Below the pieces are notes generated by a model, which was given only the letters and a program-made list of their open reading frames with translations, was not told the DNA's origin and ran no database searches. From the NCBI RefSeq assembly GCF_035594765.1, contig NC_085841.1, positions 239,340,689-239,404,688 of the forward strand: DNA of 64,000 nucleotides, in the 5' to 3' direction. Of the stretch, positions 38,946-50,721 are shown piece by piece (position 1 is the stretch's first letter; the number at the start of each line of letters is the position of its first letter). The stretch is from Anolis carolinensis. Its lineage: Eukaryota. A program made the translations under genes and the position numbers.

Positions 38946-40614
38946 TGTTAGGTTCATGTTTCTATGGAGCTGCACAAGAGGGAAGACTTGTGTGTGTCTG
39001 GTGTTATTAAAGATCTCTAGCAGCTGAGCTGGAAAGAGGGATATGACTTCTGTTGGTATACAGTTTCAGTAAAGTTGTGGATGTAAAAAAATGAAAGATA
39101 CTGTCGTATGGAGTAGAAATGAATCCAAAGAACTAAAAAATAACACAAATGTTGAGACAAAGGAAACCATGAAGACATAACTCATTGTTTTTAATAGCAA
39201 TACAGAGTTTCTGAGTGCTTTGTTTCTCTACTTATGGGTCTGCGGAGGATTAGCATCACATACTTCCCCTCTGTGTCTTATCCTCTCAGACACACGCATA
39301 GAGAAAAAACTTGTCGCAGACAATGGCTGGGATCCATTTAAAAAAGGTTTATCCCAGTCAATGTAGGATTTCAGTTATCCCATATTGTAAAAGTATTGTA
39401 AAGGGGTTGGAGATAAATAAAATGTTTCCGTTATCCTAAAGGACAAGAGGCTTTAGGCAGGGTGTCCCACATATAACGATGGCTGGGTAAACTAATTTGG
39501 CTTGTAAGCCACCTTTCGTCTCATCCGTCAAAACACAGTCCTCATTATCAAATACAAAACGCTAAGAATTGTCCTGGACTGTTTCAGCACAAGTGTTAGA
39601 AAAGTGCACCTGATACGTTTGCACAGCAGACATTTCTGCAAGTACCATAATATTTTAAGATGTCAAGACATAAAATTATTTTATTTATTTCATTTTAAAA
39701 AAATAAATCTAATTTTTTTTTTAATTTTCTCCTCATGTTGCTTGGGCCGCTGCCCCAAGTAATCTGGACCGAGTCCACGCAGGGAGATGTTGTCGGGAAA
39801 TAGTAATTTTTTTAATCATTTAACATTGATTGTTTTAATAACTCTCACATAGTCCTCCTCGCTTCAAAGGGATTTCTGATAGTCCAGGACCGGAAGTTTG
39901 GTCTCGAGGAAGCATATTCTCTGATCGGTCAATCAGCAAGCTGCTGCAAGGGGTCACACCATCGTTGGCCATGTTGAATACTCTCTTCAAAGCCTTGAAC
40001 TGCTTGGAGGGTAATTAGTGGAATGAGCTGGGTTATTTGGGAATTCCAAGTCACCTTGTCTGTCCCACGAAAAGTGTTTGTTGACATGCTGGGAACAGAA
40101 AACGGATCAACCACCGTTTTAATGATTGGGAACGGGTTGCGGCAGGGCCGCATAAGTTCAGCCTCTGGAATCATCTACTTGTTTGTGTGGAACATTACAT
40201 GCGACATGCGTGCCTAGAGGACCTGTAGGCAGGATTTGAAATTTATGGAAGGCACATTTACAACCTATGGCATGAGATTACAGGCTGCTGGCTGAAAGAG
40301 ATTAGGGGCAGAGGAGCCTTCTCTCAAAGGTGAAAGAAGAAAGGACCTAAGCTTGGTTGTAAGAGAAGGAAGCCAAAGGGAACCACACACACAGATTAAT
40401 AACTGTCAACAACATGGATTGGATGTCGACGGCTTTACAGACGTTTTATTTATTCTTGCGACATATCACTGTAGGTGCGGACTGTGGCCTGCAAGTTCGT
40501 TGAGGTTTTGCAGAGCTATGTCCACACTAGACAAAATAAGGGCAGAGACTTCACCCAAACATAGGAGGACCGCATACTCACATTCTCATCGCAATGCCAT
40601 CGCCCAGAAACCTG

Positions 40615-40760
40615 AGGATGTGAGAGCTTGACCGTAAGGAAGGCAGAGCGTGGGAAGAATGGCACTTTTGAAAATAATTGCTTTTTGAAAAACAAGACAG
40701 TGCCTGGGAGTGTTAGAAGATCCAACTGGTCCATCCTCCATGTTTTAATGCCCGTCCGCT
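40615..40760 (+). mobile_element. RTE/Bov-B fragment nested in the hAT
   Basis: ggatgtgagagcttgaccgtaaggaaggcagagcg..gaagaatggcacttttgaa..agatccaactggtccatcctcca aligns with the copy at 58406-58530. Confidence 0.75.
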
Positions 40761-40900
40761 TCAAGGAGGGCATAGCATCAGGATGGCATGGACTTGAAGG
40801 AAATGTCGCCGTTGTTTTCCGACAGGGAATTCTTTTGTGAATCCGTCCGAGAGTTCTCCATAGATCGGAGAAGACTACAAGTCTTAGCTCAGAGTGTAAG

Positions 40901-42520
40901 ACTTTCTGCGGTGTGATTCCACCCTCTTCTATCGTCCTACCAACAAACAGAACCTGCGCCCACAGGTCACTAGCAGCCGCAAAGGCACACGCCCTGACGG
41001 GCAAACGGCACCGTCCTCGGGCGCGGACAGAGGGCGAGGGGACCCTAAGGCGGCCGTCCCTCGGCAACAGCGTCGACAACCGCCTCTCAAGGCGATGGGA
41101 CAGTGGAAGAAGAAAATTTTGAAAAGTGGTGGACAAGGCCGAGGTGTCCAGCTTTCTGCGGTGTGATTCCACCCTCTTCTATCGTCCTACCAGCAAACCA
41201 GCAAAAAACAGTTCCCACGCCACAGAACCTGCGCCCACAGGTCACTAGCAGCCGCAAAGGCACACGCCCTGACAGGCAAACGGCTCTGTCCGGAACCCTA
41301 AGGCGGCTGTCCCGCGGCCACTGCGTCGACCACACCCGCTCAAAGCGATGGGACAGTGAAAGAAAACGAATTAGAGAAATGGTGTCCAAGGCTGAGGTGT
41401 CCAGCTTTCTGCGGTGCGGTGATTCCACCCTCTTCTATCGTCGCTGCCAACAAGCCAGCAAAAAGCACTTCCGAAGCCAGAGAACCTGCGCCCAGAGGTC
41501 ACTAGCAGCCACAAAGGCACACGCCCTGACGGGCAAACGGCACCGTCCGCGTGCGCGGCCAGAGGGCGAGGGGACCATAAGGCGGCCGTTCCGCGGCCAC
41601 AGCGTCGAGTACACTGCCTTTCAAGGCGATGGGACAGTGGAAGAAGAAAATTTTGAAAAGTAGTGGACAAGGCCGAGGTGTCCAGCTTTCTGCGTTGCGG
41701 TGATTCCACCCTCTTCTATCGTCCCTGCCAACAAGCCAGCAAATTGAAGTTCCCACGCCACAGAACCTGCGCCCAGAGGTCACTAGCAGCCGCAAAGGCA
41801 CACGCCCTGACGGGCAAACGGCACCGTCCTCGGGCGCGGACAGAGGGCGAGGGATCCCTAAGGCGGCCGTCCCTCGGCAACAGCGTCGACCACAGCCTCT
41901 CAAGGCGATGGGACAGTGGAAGAAGAAAATTTTGAAAAGTGGTGGACAAGGCCGAGGTGTCCAGCTTTCTGCGGTGCGGTGATTCCACCCTCTTCTATCG
42001 TCCCAGCCAACAAGCCAGCAAATTGAAGTTCCCACGCCACAGAACCTGCGCCCAGAGGTCACTAGCAGCCGCAAAGGCACATGCCCTGACGGGCAAACGG
42101 CACCGTCCTCGGGCGCGGACAGAGGGCGAGGGAACCCTAAGGCGGCCGTCCCTCGGCAACAGCGTCGACCACAGCCTCTCAAGGCGATGGGACAGTGGAA
42201 GAAGAAAATTTTGAAAAGTGGTGGACAAGGCCGAGGTGTCCAGCTTTCTGCGGTGCGGTGATTCCACCCTCTTCTATCGTCGCTGCCAACAAGCCAGCAA
42301 AAAGCACTTCCGAAGCCAGAGAACCTGCGCCCAGAGGTCACTAGCAGCCGCAAAGGCACACGCCCTGACGGGCAAACGGCACCGTCCGCGTGCGCGGACA
42401 GAGGGCGCGGGGAACATAAGGCGGCTGTCCCGCGGCCACTGCGTCGACCACACCCGCTCAAGCCGATGGGACAGTGATAGATGAAAATTTTGAGAAGTGG
42501 TGGCCAAGGCAGAGGTGTAC
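40901..42520. repeat. CpG-rich tandem array, ~279-bp unit, ~6 copies
   Basis: gtcactagcagcc at 40966, 41241, 41498, 41779, 42058 and 42337 (spacings 275, 257, 281, 279, 279). Confidence 0.96.
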
Positions 42521-43072
42521 TAATTCATGCGGCAAGACACATCCACAAAGGTTCAGATGGAGCGTTATCTCTGTAAAGTGGGACTCTGCCGTATTCCTTC
42601 ACCAAATATGTCTTACCGAAGGATCCACATCAATTATAACAATGTTATTTCTGTACAGGAACAGCCAGGATCTGGAGAAGACCTAACATTCATGGCTCAT
42701 TCCCGAAATATTTTTGGACAAAAAAAGGATAGAGATTTGATAGTAATCCGTTCTGAACCCAAAGCGGAAGCATTTCCTACCTTGGCTTTTATGGACTAAT
42801 TTCCCCAAGAATATCAGAATCATTATTACAGGAGACAAAACCTCTAGGAACCTCAGGGAATGGCCCCTAGAGATTGATTTACCCAAAAACGACAGTGGGC
42901 AACGGTGTGTGATGATAAAGACGAGAACGGAAGGGAAGAGAGGAAGGAAAGCATGGTAGGATAGAGGAGAGAGTTGTTGGACATAGGCCAAAGGGGCAAC
43001 CCCCCCACCCCCCAACAGAAATAGCCATAGTTAATCAGAAGCAGAGCAGCTTAAAGGAGGAGAAATGTTGTT

Positions 43073-45540
43073 CTAGGAGCCATCGGAGTCAAAATCCAAA
43101 TCGGGGAAATTCAACACGGGGAGGTTGGCCTTCAGGAAGACCAGTTTCTCTACTGTTTGAGGGTCCAGCAAGCCGCGGTGGGGCGTGACTACATCTCCCG
43201 CTAGGCTGAAGACCCTTTTGCTCTGCACGCTGGTGGGTGGACAGCTGAGGAACTGGCGGGCTACGTGCGACAGATCCGGCCACATGTGTTCACGTGAAGC
43301 CCAATAGGCCAATGGATCACAAGATATTATCTCAGGAGGCTCCTCAAAGTACCTGTTGACCGAGCCTTCGGCCGAGTCTACCTTTTGAGCAGAAGCCAGC
43401 AAAGAGGAATCTTCCGAGCAGGCTAGTATGGCCACCGTCTCTGCAAAGAAAGTGTTTCCTGGTCGCGCTGGAAATCCGTAACCCTACGGCAACCCCCTGC
43501 CGGCTCCCCGGGACTATCACTCTCGCCACTAGCGCTAGTGCTGGGGGTGGCAGGCATTTCTGGTAGAGGGAACGCTGTGCCCGTTTCCCCCACCCTGGCA
43601 GCAAAGACCTCCCTCACAAGTTTAACTAGTTGGGCCTTCCATACGGTAAACTCTTTTGGGCAGACGTTGTACTTTAGCCGTGGATCACACAAGGCCGCCA
43701 GCATATGGACCTTGCTGGAAAGAAGTGGCTCAAGGCGTTTCCGTACAGCAAAGGACAACCTCCTCACCACCTCCTGGACCGGCGGTGTCAGTGGTCCAGC
43801 CAGGGAGTCCAGTGTTCGACCGGCCCCAAGCCTTTCTAGGTGCCTCCTTAGCCTCAAGACCATGGGCACTGCCTAGCTAAGAAGGGCTTTTGATTCCGAA
43901 AGGGTCTCTGTGGCATGTTTGAATGGCTTTAGTACGTCTACTAGCTGTGAGATGGTGTCCCACTCTTGCTTATTTGGAACAAGCTTGCTAACAGGCGCAA
44001 CCAATGTAAGGGAGATGCCGTGTACCGCCTTCTGCTGCTCGACCATGCGTTCGAGCATCTTATAGGTCGAATTCCACCGGGTTGAGACGTCCTGGAGCAG
44101 CTTGTGCTGCGGGAGGCCTTCAAGGCTCTGCCTGTCTCTCAGCTGCCGGGCTGCCTTGATGCTCCTGTGGAAGTAGCCCGCGATCTTCCTACAGCGCCCG
44201 ATCAGCAGGGAGATGTTTGCGGTGCTGGCCGGCTGCTCTTCCGGGCTCTTTAAATCTTCCTTGACGGTATTGTGAAGCAAGTGGGCCATGCAGGTGACAT
44301 TCAAAAACCCTGCACTTTCAACCGCTTTGATCATATTTTTACCAGCGTCAGTCACCATGAAGCCCCTCCTCATTTCTTCCGGCCTGCACCGCATCCACTC
44401 CCCCATCATGTTTTCCAGATAGCTGCAGATGGTCTCTGCCTTGTGATCACGATCAACTACCTCCAAAGTGAGGAGTGTCCAACGATGGGATGTATCCATA
44501 CTGCCTTCCTTCTCCCACCAATGTGCCGTGAGAGAGAGGTAGGAATGGCCTCCTCCCAAGCTTGACCAAATGTCAGAGGTAAAATGGATGTGTCCTCCCA
44601 TGGCGCTACGCAACATCTGGATAATGCGTTCCTTGCATCCCTCGTACAGTCCGGGAATAACTTTTCTGGAAAAGGTGTGACAAGAGGGGATTTTGTAGCG
44701 GGGGCACAGGCGTTTCATAAGGCGTACGAAGCCTTCTTGTTCAACCAGGCGGAAGGGATGGTGATCAAGGGCAATCATCTCTCCCACACTTTGGGTTATC
44801 TACTGGGGTGTGGGTAATGTTTCCCCCGTTCTCTTCCTGGCTAAAGGAATGGCCCAATCCTCCAAGGTGGACTGTGTCTGCCTTCCACCATCTTCACAAG
44901 GAGAACTTTGTGTGCTAATGCTGCCACTGGAAGGGCTTGCTGCTCCCCCTCCTACCGATATGGAGGGATGGTGTCGCTTCATGTGAGAGCTCAACCCCGA
45001 GGTCGCAAGATCTCTGCCTCTGCTGATATTTGCCCCACAGTGTCTACAAACTGCCAAAGTGGCACGCTGAGTGTGGACATGGAAATGGTCCCAAATATAT
45101 GACCTTGGCCTCCCCACAGCCACTGTGCCGACGCCCACGGAGATAGGAGTCGTGGGCACCCTTTCAGCAGCATGAGAAAGTCTATGATTTGATGGTACTA
45201 CCTCCTCTACCTCCTCCTCACTGTCAGTAGCGGGTGGAGGGGTGGGGTTATCTAGATCCTCACTATCCACCACCTGTAGTTCCAGGACTGTAACACTTGT
45301 ATGTTCCATTGATCGTCCAGTTTTCTCGGCTCCAACCGACAACTGGCTCCGGGTGGAGGGCTGTGAACTTTCAGCAGTCGAACAGCCAGCTTCTTCATCA
45401 AGTCCACCCACTCCCATCGTTCCGCGTTCCAGACGGATGGGACCCACCCTAACTTTTTTGGCCCCCCACAGTGTCCGGGCAGTTGCTTGACCACTAGCAG
45501 AAATTGCTCCACCAGACCCGCGTTCAGCTGAACGCTTCAT
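43073..45540 (-). pseudogene. hAT transposase (BED zinc finger, DDE/RNase H-like core, C-terminal dimerisation domain), disrupted
   Basis: BED: RSYIWDHF..AVCRHC..TSGLSSHMKRHHP. Core: FTSDIWS, VTDAGKNM, CMAHLLH, DVSTRWNSTYKML. C-terminus: DPLAYW..WPDLSHVARQFLSCPPTSVQSKRVFS. In-frame TAG at 44800-44802 and 43873-43875, a frameshift near 43440-43490, first ATG at 45540. Confidence 0.95.
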
Positions 45541-45744
45541 GATAACGGGAGTGTTTTCAGGTAACAGAAGGGAGGAAGGTATTGTGTTACTGGGGGGAAA
45601 GATGTGTTGTTTCTTGATTGGCAATGTGTTCAGGGTCTATTAACTGCCGCAAACCCTTCTATTACAGTTGTTCTTATTGTTATACGTTAAAAAGGGGATA
45701 CCTGTATTTTCCAGACCTTGAGTTTATGCAAGCCCTACTTTGGC

Positions 45745-48378
45745 AAACTTTTGCCAATCTTGGCTTTTGATTCACAGAGGGCCCTAAACAGACAAACAGC
45801 CCTGCTAGCAGTAAAGGAGGCCAAATCAGGCAGGCTCCCTTATTTCCCAAAAAGGTGGTGTAGTTCTACAAAGGAGTATGGGAGGTGCAACCCTTTTGCC
45901 AAACTTGGCTTTTGATTCACAGCGTCCCTGGCACAGACAAACAGCCCTGCTTGAGCAGCCTAGGGCCAAAGCAGGCTACCTTGTTTCCCAAAAAGGAGGT
46001 GTAGTTCTACAAAGGAGTATGGGACATGCAACCCTTTTGCCAAACTTGGCTTTTGATTCACAGCGTCCCTGGCAGAGACAAACAGCCCTGCTTGAGCAGC
46101 CTAGGGCCAAATCAGGCTCCCTTGTTTCCCAAAAAGGAGGTGTAGTTCTACAAAGGAGTATGGGGGGTGCAACCCTTTTGCCAAACTTGGCTTTTGATTC
46201 ACAGCGTCCCTGGCAGAGACAAACAGCCCTGCTTGAGCAGCCTAGGGCCAAATCAGGCTCCCTCATTTCCCCAAAAGGAGGTGTAGTTCTACAAAGGAGT
46301 ATGGGAGGTGCAACCCTTTTGCCAAACTTGGCTTTTGATTCACAGCGTCCCTGGCAGAGACAAACAGCCCTGCTTGAGCAGCCTAGGGCCAAATCAGGCT
46401 CCCTCGTTTCCCAAAAAGGAGGTGTAGTTCTACAAAGGAGTATGGGAGGTGCAACCCTTTTGCCAAACTTGGCTTTTGATTCACAGCGTCCCTGGCAGAG
46501 ACAAACATCCCTGATTGAGCAGCCTAGGGCCAAATCAGGCTCCCTTGTTTCCCAAAAAGGAGGTGTAGTTCTACAAAGGAGTATGGGTGGTGCAACCCTT
46601 TTGCCAAACTTGGCTTTTGATTCACAGCGTCCCTGGCACAGACAAACAGCCCTGCTTGAGCAGCCTAGGGCCAAATCAGGCTCCCTTGTTTCCCAAAAAG
46701 GAGGTGTAGTTCTACAAAGGAGTATGGGAGGTGCAACCCTTTTGCCAAACTTGGCTTTTGATTCACAGCGTCCCTGGCAGAGACAAACAGCCCTGCTTGA
46801 GCAGCCTAGGGCCAAAGCAGGCTCCCTCGTTTCCCAAAAAGGAGGTGTAGTTCTACAAAGGAGTATGGGAGGTGCAACCCTTTTGCCAAACTTGGCATTT
46901 GATTCACAGCGTCCCTGGCAGAGACAAACAGCCCTGCTTGAGCAGCCTAGGGCCAAATCAGACTCCCTTGTTTCCCAAAAAGGAGGTGTAGTTCTACAAA
47001 GGAGTATGGGACATGCAACCCTTTTGCCAAACTTGGCTTTTGATTCACAGCGTCCCTGGCACAGACAAACAGCCCTGCTTGAGCAGCCTAGGGGCAAATC
47101 AGGCTCCCTTGTTTCCCAAAAAGGAGGTGTAGTTCTACAAAGGAGTATGGGAGGTGCAACCCTTTTGCCAAACTTGGCTTTTGATTCACAGCGTCCCTGG
47201 CAGAGACAAACAGCCCTGCTTGAGCAGCCTAGGGCCAAATCAGGCTCCCTTGTTTCCCAAAAAGGAGGTGTAGTTCTACAAAGGAGTATGGGACATGCAA
47301 CCCTTTTGCCAAACTTGGCTTTTGATTCACAGCGTCCCTGGCAGAGACAAACAGCCCTGCTTGAGCAGCCTAGGGGCAAATCAGGCTCCCTTGTTTCCCA
47401 AAAAGGAGGTGTAGTTCTACAAAGGAGTATGGGAGGTGCAACCCTTTTGCCAAACTTGGCTTTTGATTCACAGCGTCCCTGGCAGAGACAAACAGCCCTG
47501 CTTGAGCAGCCTAGGGCCAAAGCAGGCTACCTTGTTTCCCAAAAAGGAGGTGTAGTTCTACAAAGGAGTATGGGACATGCAACCCTTTTGCCAAACTTGG
47601 CTTTTGATTCACAGCGTCCCTGGCAGAGACAAACAGCCCTGCTTGAGCAGCCTAGGGCCAAATCAGGCTGCCTTGTTTCCCAAAAAGGAGGTGTAGTTCT
47701 ACAAAGGAGTATGGGAGGTGCAACCCTTTTGCCAAACTTGGCTTTTGATTCACAGCGTCCCTGGCAGAGACAAACAGCCCTGCTTGAGTAGCCTAGGGCC
47801 AAATCAGGCTCCCTTGTTTCCCAAAAAGGAGGTGTAGTTCTACAAAGGAGTATGGGAGGTGCAACCCTTTTGCCAAACTTGGCTTTTGATTCACAGCATC
47901 CCTGGCAGAGACAAACAGCCCTGCTTGAGCAGCCTAGGGCCAAATCAGGCTCCCTTGTTTCCCAAAAAGGAGGTGTAGTTCTACAAAGGAGTATGGGAGG
48001 TGCAACCCTTTTGCCAAACTTGGCTTTTGATTCACAGCGTCCCTGGCAGAGACAAACATCCCTGCTTGAGCAGCCTAGGGCCAAAGCAGGCTGCCTTGTT
48101 TCCCAAAAAGGAGGTGTAGTTCTACAAAGGAGTATGGGAGGTGCAACCCTTTTGCCAAACTTGGCTTTTGATTCACAGCGTCCCTGGCAGAGACAAACAG
48201 CCCTGCTTGAGCAGCCTAGGGCCAAATCAGGCACCCTTGTTTCCCAAAAAGGAGGTGTAGTTCTACAAAGGAGTATGGGACATGCAACCCTTTTGCCAAA
48301 CTTGGCTTTTGATTCACAGCGGCCCTCAAACAGCCCTGCTTGAGCAGCCTAGGGCCAAATCAGGCTCCCTTGTTTCCA
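45745..48378. repeat. Tandem array, 141-bp unit, ~18.7 highly similar copies
   Basis: gagtATGgg recurs every 141 bp from 45878 to 48275 (18 occurrences), giving the 47-aa periodic ORFs on both strands. Confidence 0.98.
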
Positions 48379-49111
48379 AAAACCCTTTTGCGTTGAAAAA
48401 AGAAAGAAGAAAGCCCACCCCGCCCGCAACTGGAAAAATGGCGCAGCAGAAAAACTGCAGGCCGGGTGGGAAAACGGAAAACGCCAATCTCGTGAGGAAA
48501 AAAACACCCACAGGCCCTTTGGAAAAAAATAAAAAAGAAACACCCAACAGTTTCCAAACCCACCCCACCCCACCTCACCCACTTAACCCTTTCTCCCGGT
48601 CTTCTAATCTGTAGCCTAGCTCTAGCTCAGACAGCCAAGGAAGCTGTAACGCAGCAATCTTTCCTGCCTGCCTGCGTGCCTGCCTAGAATCTCACTTCCA
48701 CCCTCTCCAGATTCCCGGTGCAAATGAGCCACGAGGCTCCCTGTGCTCGCTCTTTTCATTCAGGACGTACCAGCCCCTCCCCAGGGTTAAACGTGCTCTC
48801 TGATTGGCCACAAGCTGCAAATAACACGCTAGGTTGCCCCAGTGCACTTAAACAAGTTTGGGTGATTTGCAAAAGCTTTTTTTACCAACGAAAAAAACGA
48901 CGACATAACTAAAAACGGCCAGTCGCGGTTCGAAACCGCGATATCCAGACGTGTGGACAATCAAGGCCGTATATTGCTTCAAAAGTAACGAAAATAACGA
49001 ATTAATAACGGTTAACGGGGAAATCGAATTATTTGAGCAAGCCTAGTATATACACTGAAAACCTGGGGGCTGGGATCTTAAAGGAAGGTATCCAAGATAG
49101 AATGGTTAGAA

Positions 49112-49235
49112 CAGTGGTTCTCAACCTGGAGTTCCCAGATGTTTTTGGCCGTCAACTCTCAGAAATCCTAACAGCTGGTAAACTGGCTGGGATTTCTGAG
49201 AGTTGTAGGCCAAAAACATCTGGGAACCCCAGGTT
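49112..49235. mobile_element. hAT MITE (same family as 25001-25135), right end truncated
   Basis: cagtggttctcaacctggagttcccagatgtttttggcc...ggccaaaaacatctgggaaccccaggtt. Confidence 0.8.
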
Positions 49236-49261
49236 AAAAGGTCTTGAGAAAGTGTGCAAAG

Positions 49262-50080
49262 CAAAATGGCGGATATATGGGTATGAGAAAGAGTCACTGA
49301 CTCAGAAATGTTCGGTATTAAAGCTCCCTCAGTAAGGAAAAAGCATGGAATTAAGAATTATGTTGATTCAGTACCAGGTGACAATCTCTAGCGAAATGGG
49401 TTCTGTGGAAATTTTCAAATTTAAAGCTATAGATCCTGCATATTTGGAAACCCCGAGGGAATAGCAGAGAATAAGAGTGCTTGAGCATAAGATACAGAGA
49501 AAACATAGAATGAAAGGGTTGAAAATGAGAACTGGGGAAGAAAGCTTAACATTTGGAATTGAGAACTTTAAATCCATAGACATTTGGCAGGAGAAGCAGA
49601 GAGAACAGGAAAAAGAAAGGGCTAAGACAAAAAGCCCCAGAACTCCCCAAATTACTCCCAGGGATTTAAAGCCTTACGAAGTGGGTGAAGATCCTCAGGT
49701 GTTTCTGTCTGCTTTTGAAAAGCAACACAAATGTGAGAAATTCCAAAAGAAGATTACATGAAATTTCTTCCGAGTTGAATAAAAGCAGGACAGGCAGAAA
49801 TATATATATTCGTTTCCCATTCCTATAACTCTATAAAGAGTACAAAGAAGCTGTCTATAAAAGGTTCAGACCAAGGCCAGATTATTTTAGAAAGCAATTT
49901 AGAAATTGTCAGTTACAACATGACAAATCACATTTGGAGCTGGGTGCAAAGTTCCCAGATTGGTTTGACAAAGGGCCGTCAAGTGCAAAGGTATACCTTT
50001 TTATACAAAAGTAGGTATATGGGATTTGATGATTTGGGACTTATTTCTTTATCAACAGTGTTCTGAGATAAGGCTGGGTA
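49262..50080 (+). mobile_element. Decayed Gypsy (Gmr1-like) gag with a SCAN-like capsid region
   Basis: Frameshifted peptides: charged/coiled-coil segment, then PQITPRDLKPYEVGEDPQVFLSAFEKQ, EIPKEDYMKFLPS and YKEYKEAVYKRFRPRPDYFRKQFRNCQLQHDKSHLELGAKFPDWFDK. Confidence 0.65.
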
Positions 50081-50259
50081 AGGGCCTTAAAAAAGGCCCT
50101 AAAGATATTAGTGAAGTGTGACCATCCTGATGTGCTGTGATCATCCTCCTAACCATCACTGGAGTTCTCACCACAAAATCTCCATGCCTTTTTCAAGGAT
50201 ATTGTGCTTCCAGGATTCCCACTGGATCCAGGCCTTCTGAGATCTGTTTATGATTTTTG

Positions 50260-50516
50260 TGTGTGTGTCAAAAATGACTTGAGAAACTGCAAGTCGCTTC
50301 TGGTGTGTGAGAACTAGCCGTCTCCAAGGACGTTGCCCAGGGGACACCCAGATGTTTGATGTTTTACCATCCTGTGGGAGGCTTCTCTCATTCCCCGCAT
50401 GGGGAGCTAGAGCTGACAGAGGGAGCTCACCTGGTCTTCGCAGATTCAAACTGCCGACCTGTCAGTCATCAGTCCTGCCGACACAAGGGTTTAACCCATT
50501 GTGCCACCAGGGGCTC
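50260..50516 (-). mobile_element. AnolisSINE2-like tRNA-derived SINE
   Basis: Reverse strand gagccctggtggcacaatgggttaaaccc (A box) ... agtttgaatc (B box) ... ccagaagcgacttgcagtttctcaagtc..tgacac tail. Confidence 0.8.
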
Positions 50517-50721
50517 TGTTTAAGATTGATCCTACTATAATAGCTGTTCTTTAGCTTTTAAGGCCTGATGGGTATACTAAGTAGACAGTAGGCATGATTG
50601 TAATGAACAAGCAAATACAATTTAATATATGTTTACGGTTGTTTGTAAAAATAACTATAAATCACTTAATGTCAAGGCAATACACAATCTACCCTCACAC
50701 AAACACTTTTGAGGAAGCAGA

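Larger units (their letters stand above)
36567..49045 (-). mobile_element. 12.5-kb hAT (Ac-type) DNA transposon with both ends intact and internal tandem arrays
   Basis: TIR TAGGCTTG at 36567 and CAAGCCTA ending at 49045; perfect 8-bp TSD GTATATAC at 36559-36566 and 49046-49053; clustered subterminal AACGA/TTCG motifs at both ends; internal transposase pseudogene. Confidence 0.93.

Noticed and set aside
41935-42000. tRNA or Pol III gene within the 279-bp unit
   Set aside because: No convincing cloverleaf, B box or oligo-T terminator.
40516-42507. Family of ~90-aa ORFs (MESPHRRKLDTSALS / MVDKAEVSSFL)
   Set aside because: Translations of the 279-bp repeat, mostly non-ATG starts, frames not preserved between units.
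45878-48343. 637-aa, 514-aa and related long ORFs as real repeat proteins
   Set aside because: They result from a 141-bp unit lacking stops in some frames; open on both strands, broken by point stops, no recognisable domain.
37218-48378. CRISPR-like interpretation of the arrays
   Set aside because: Units repeat over their whole length with no unique spacers; eukaryotic context and no cas genes.
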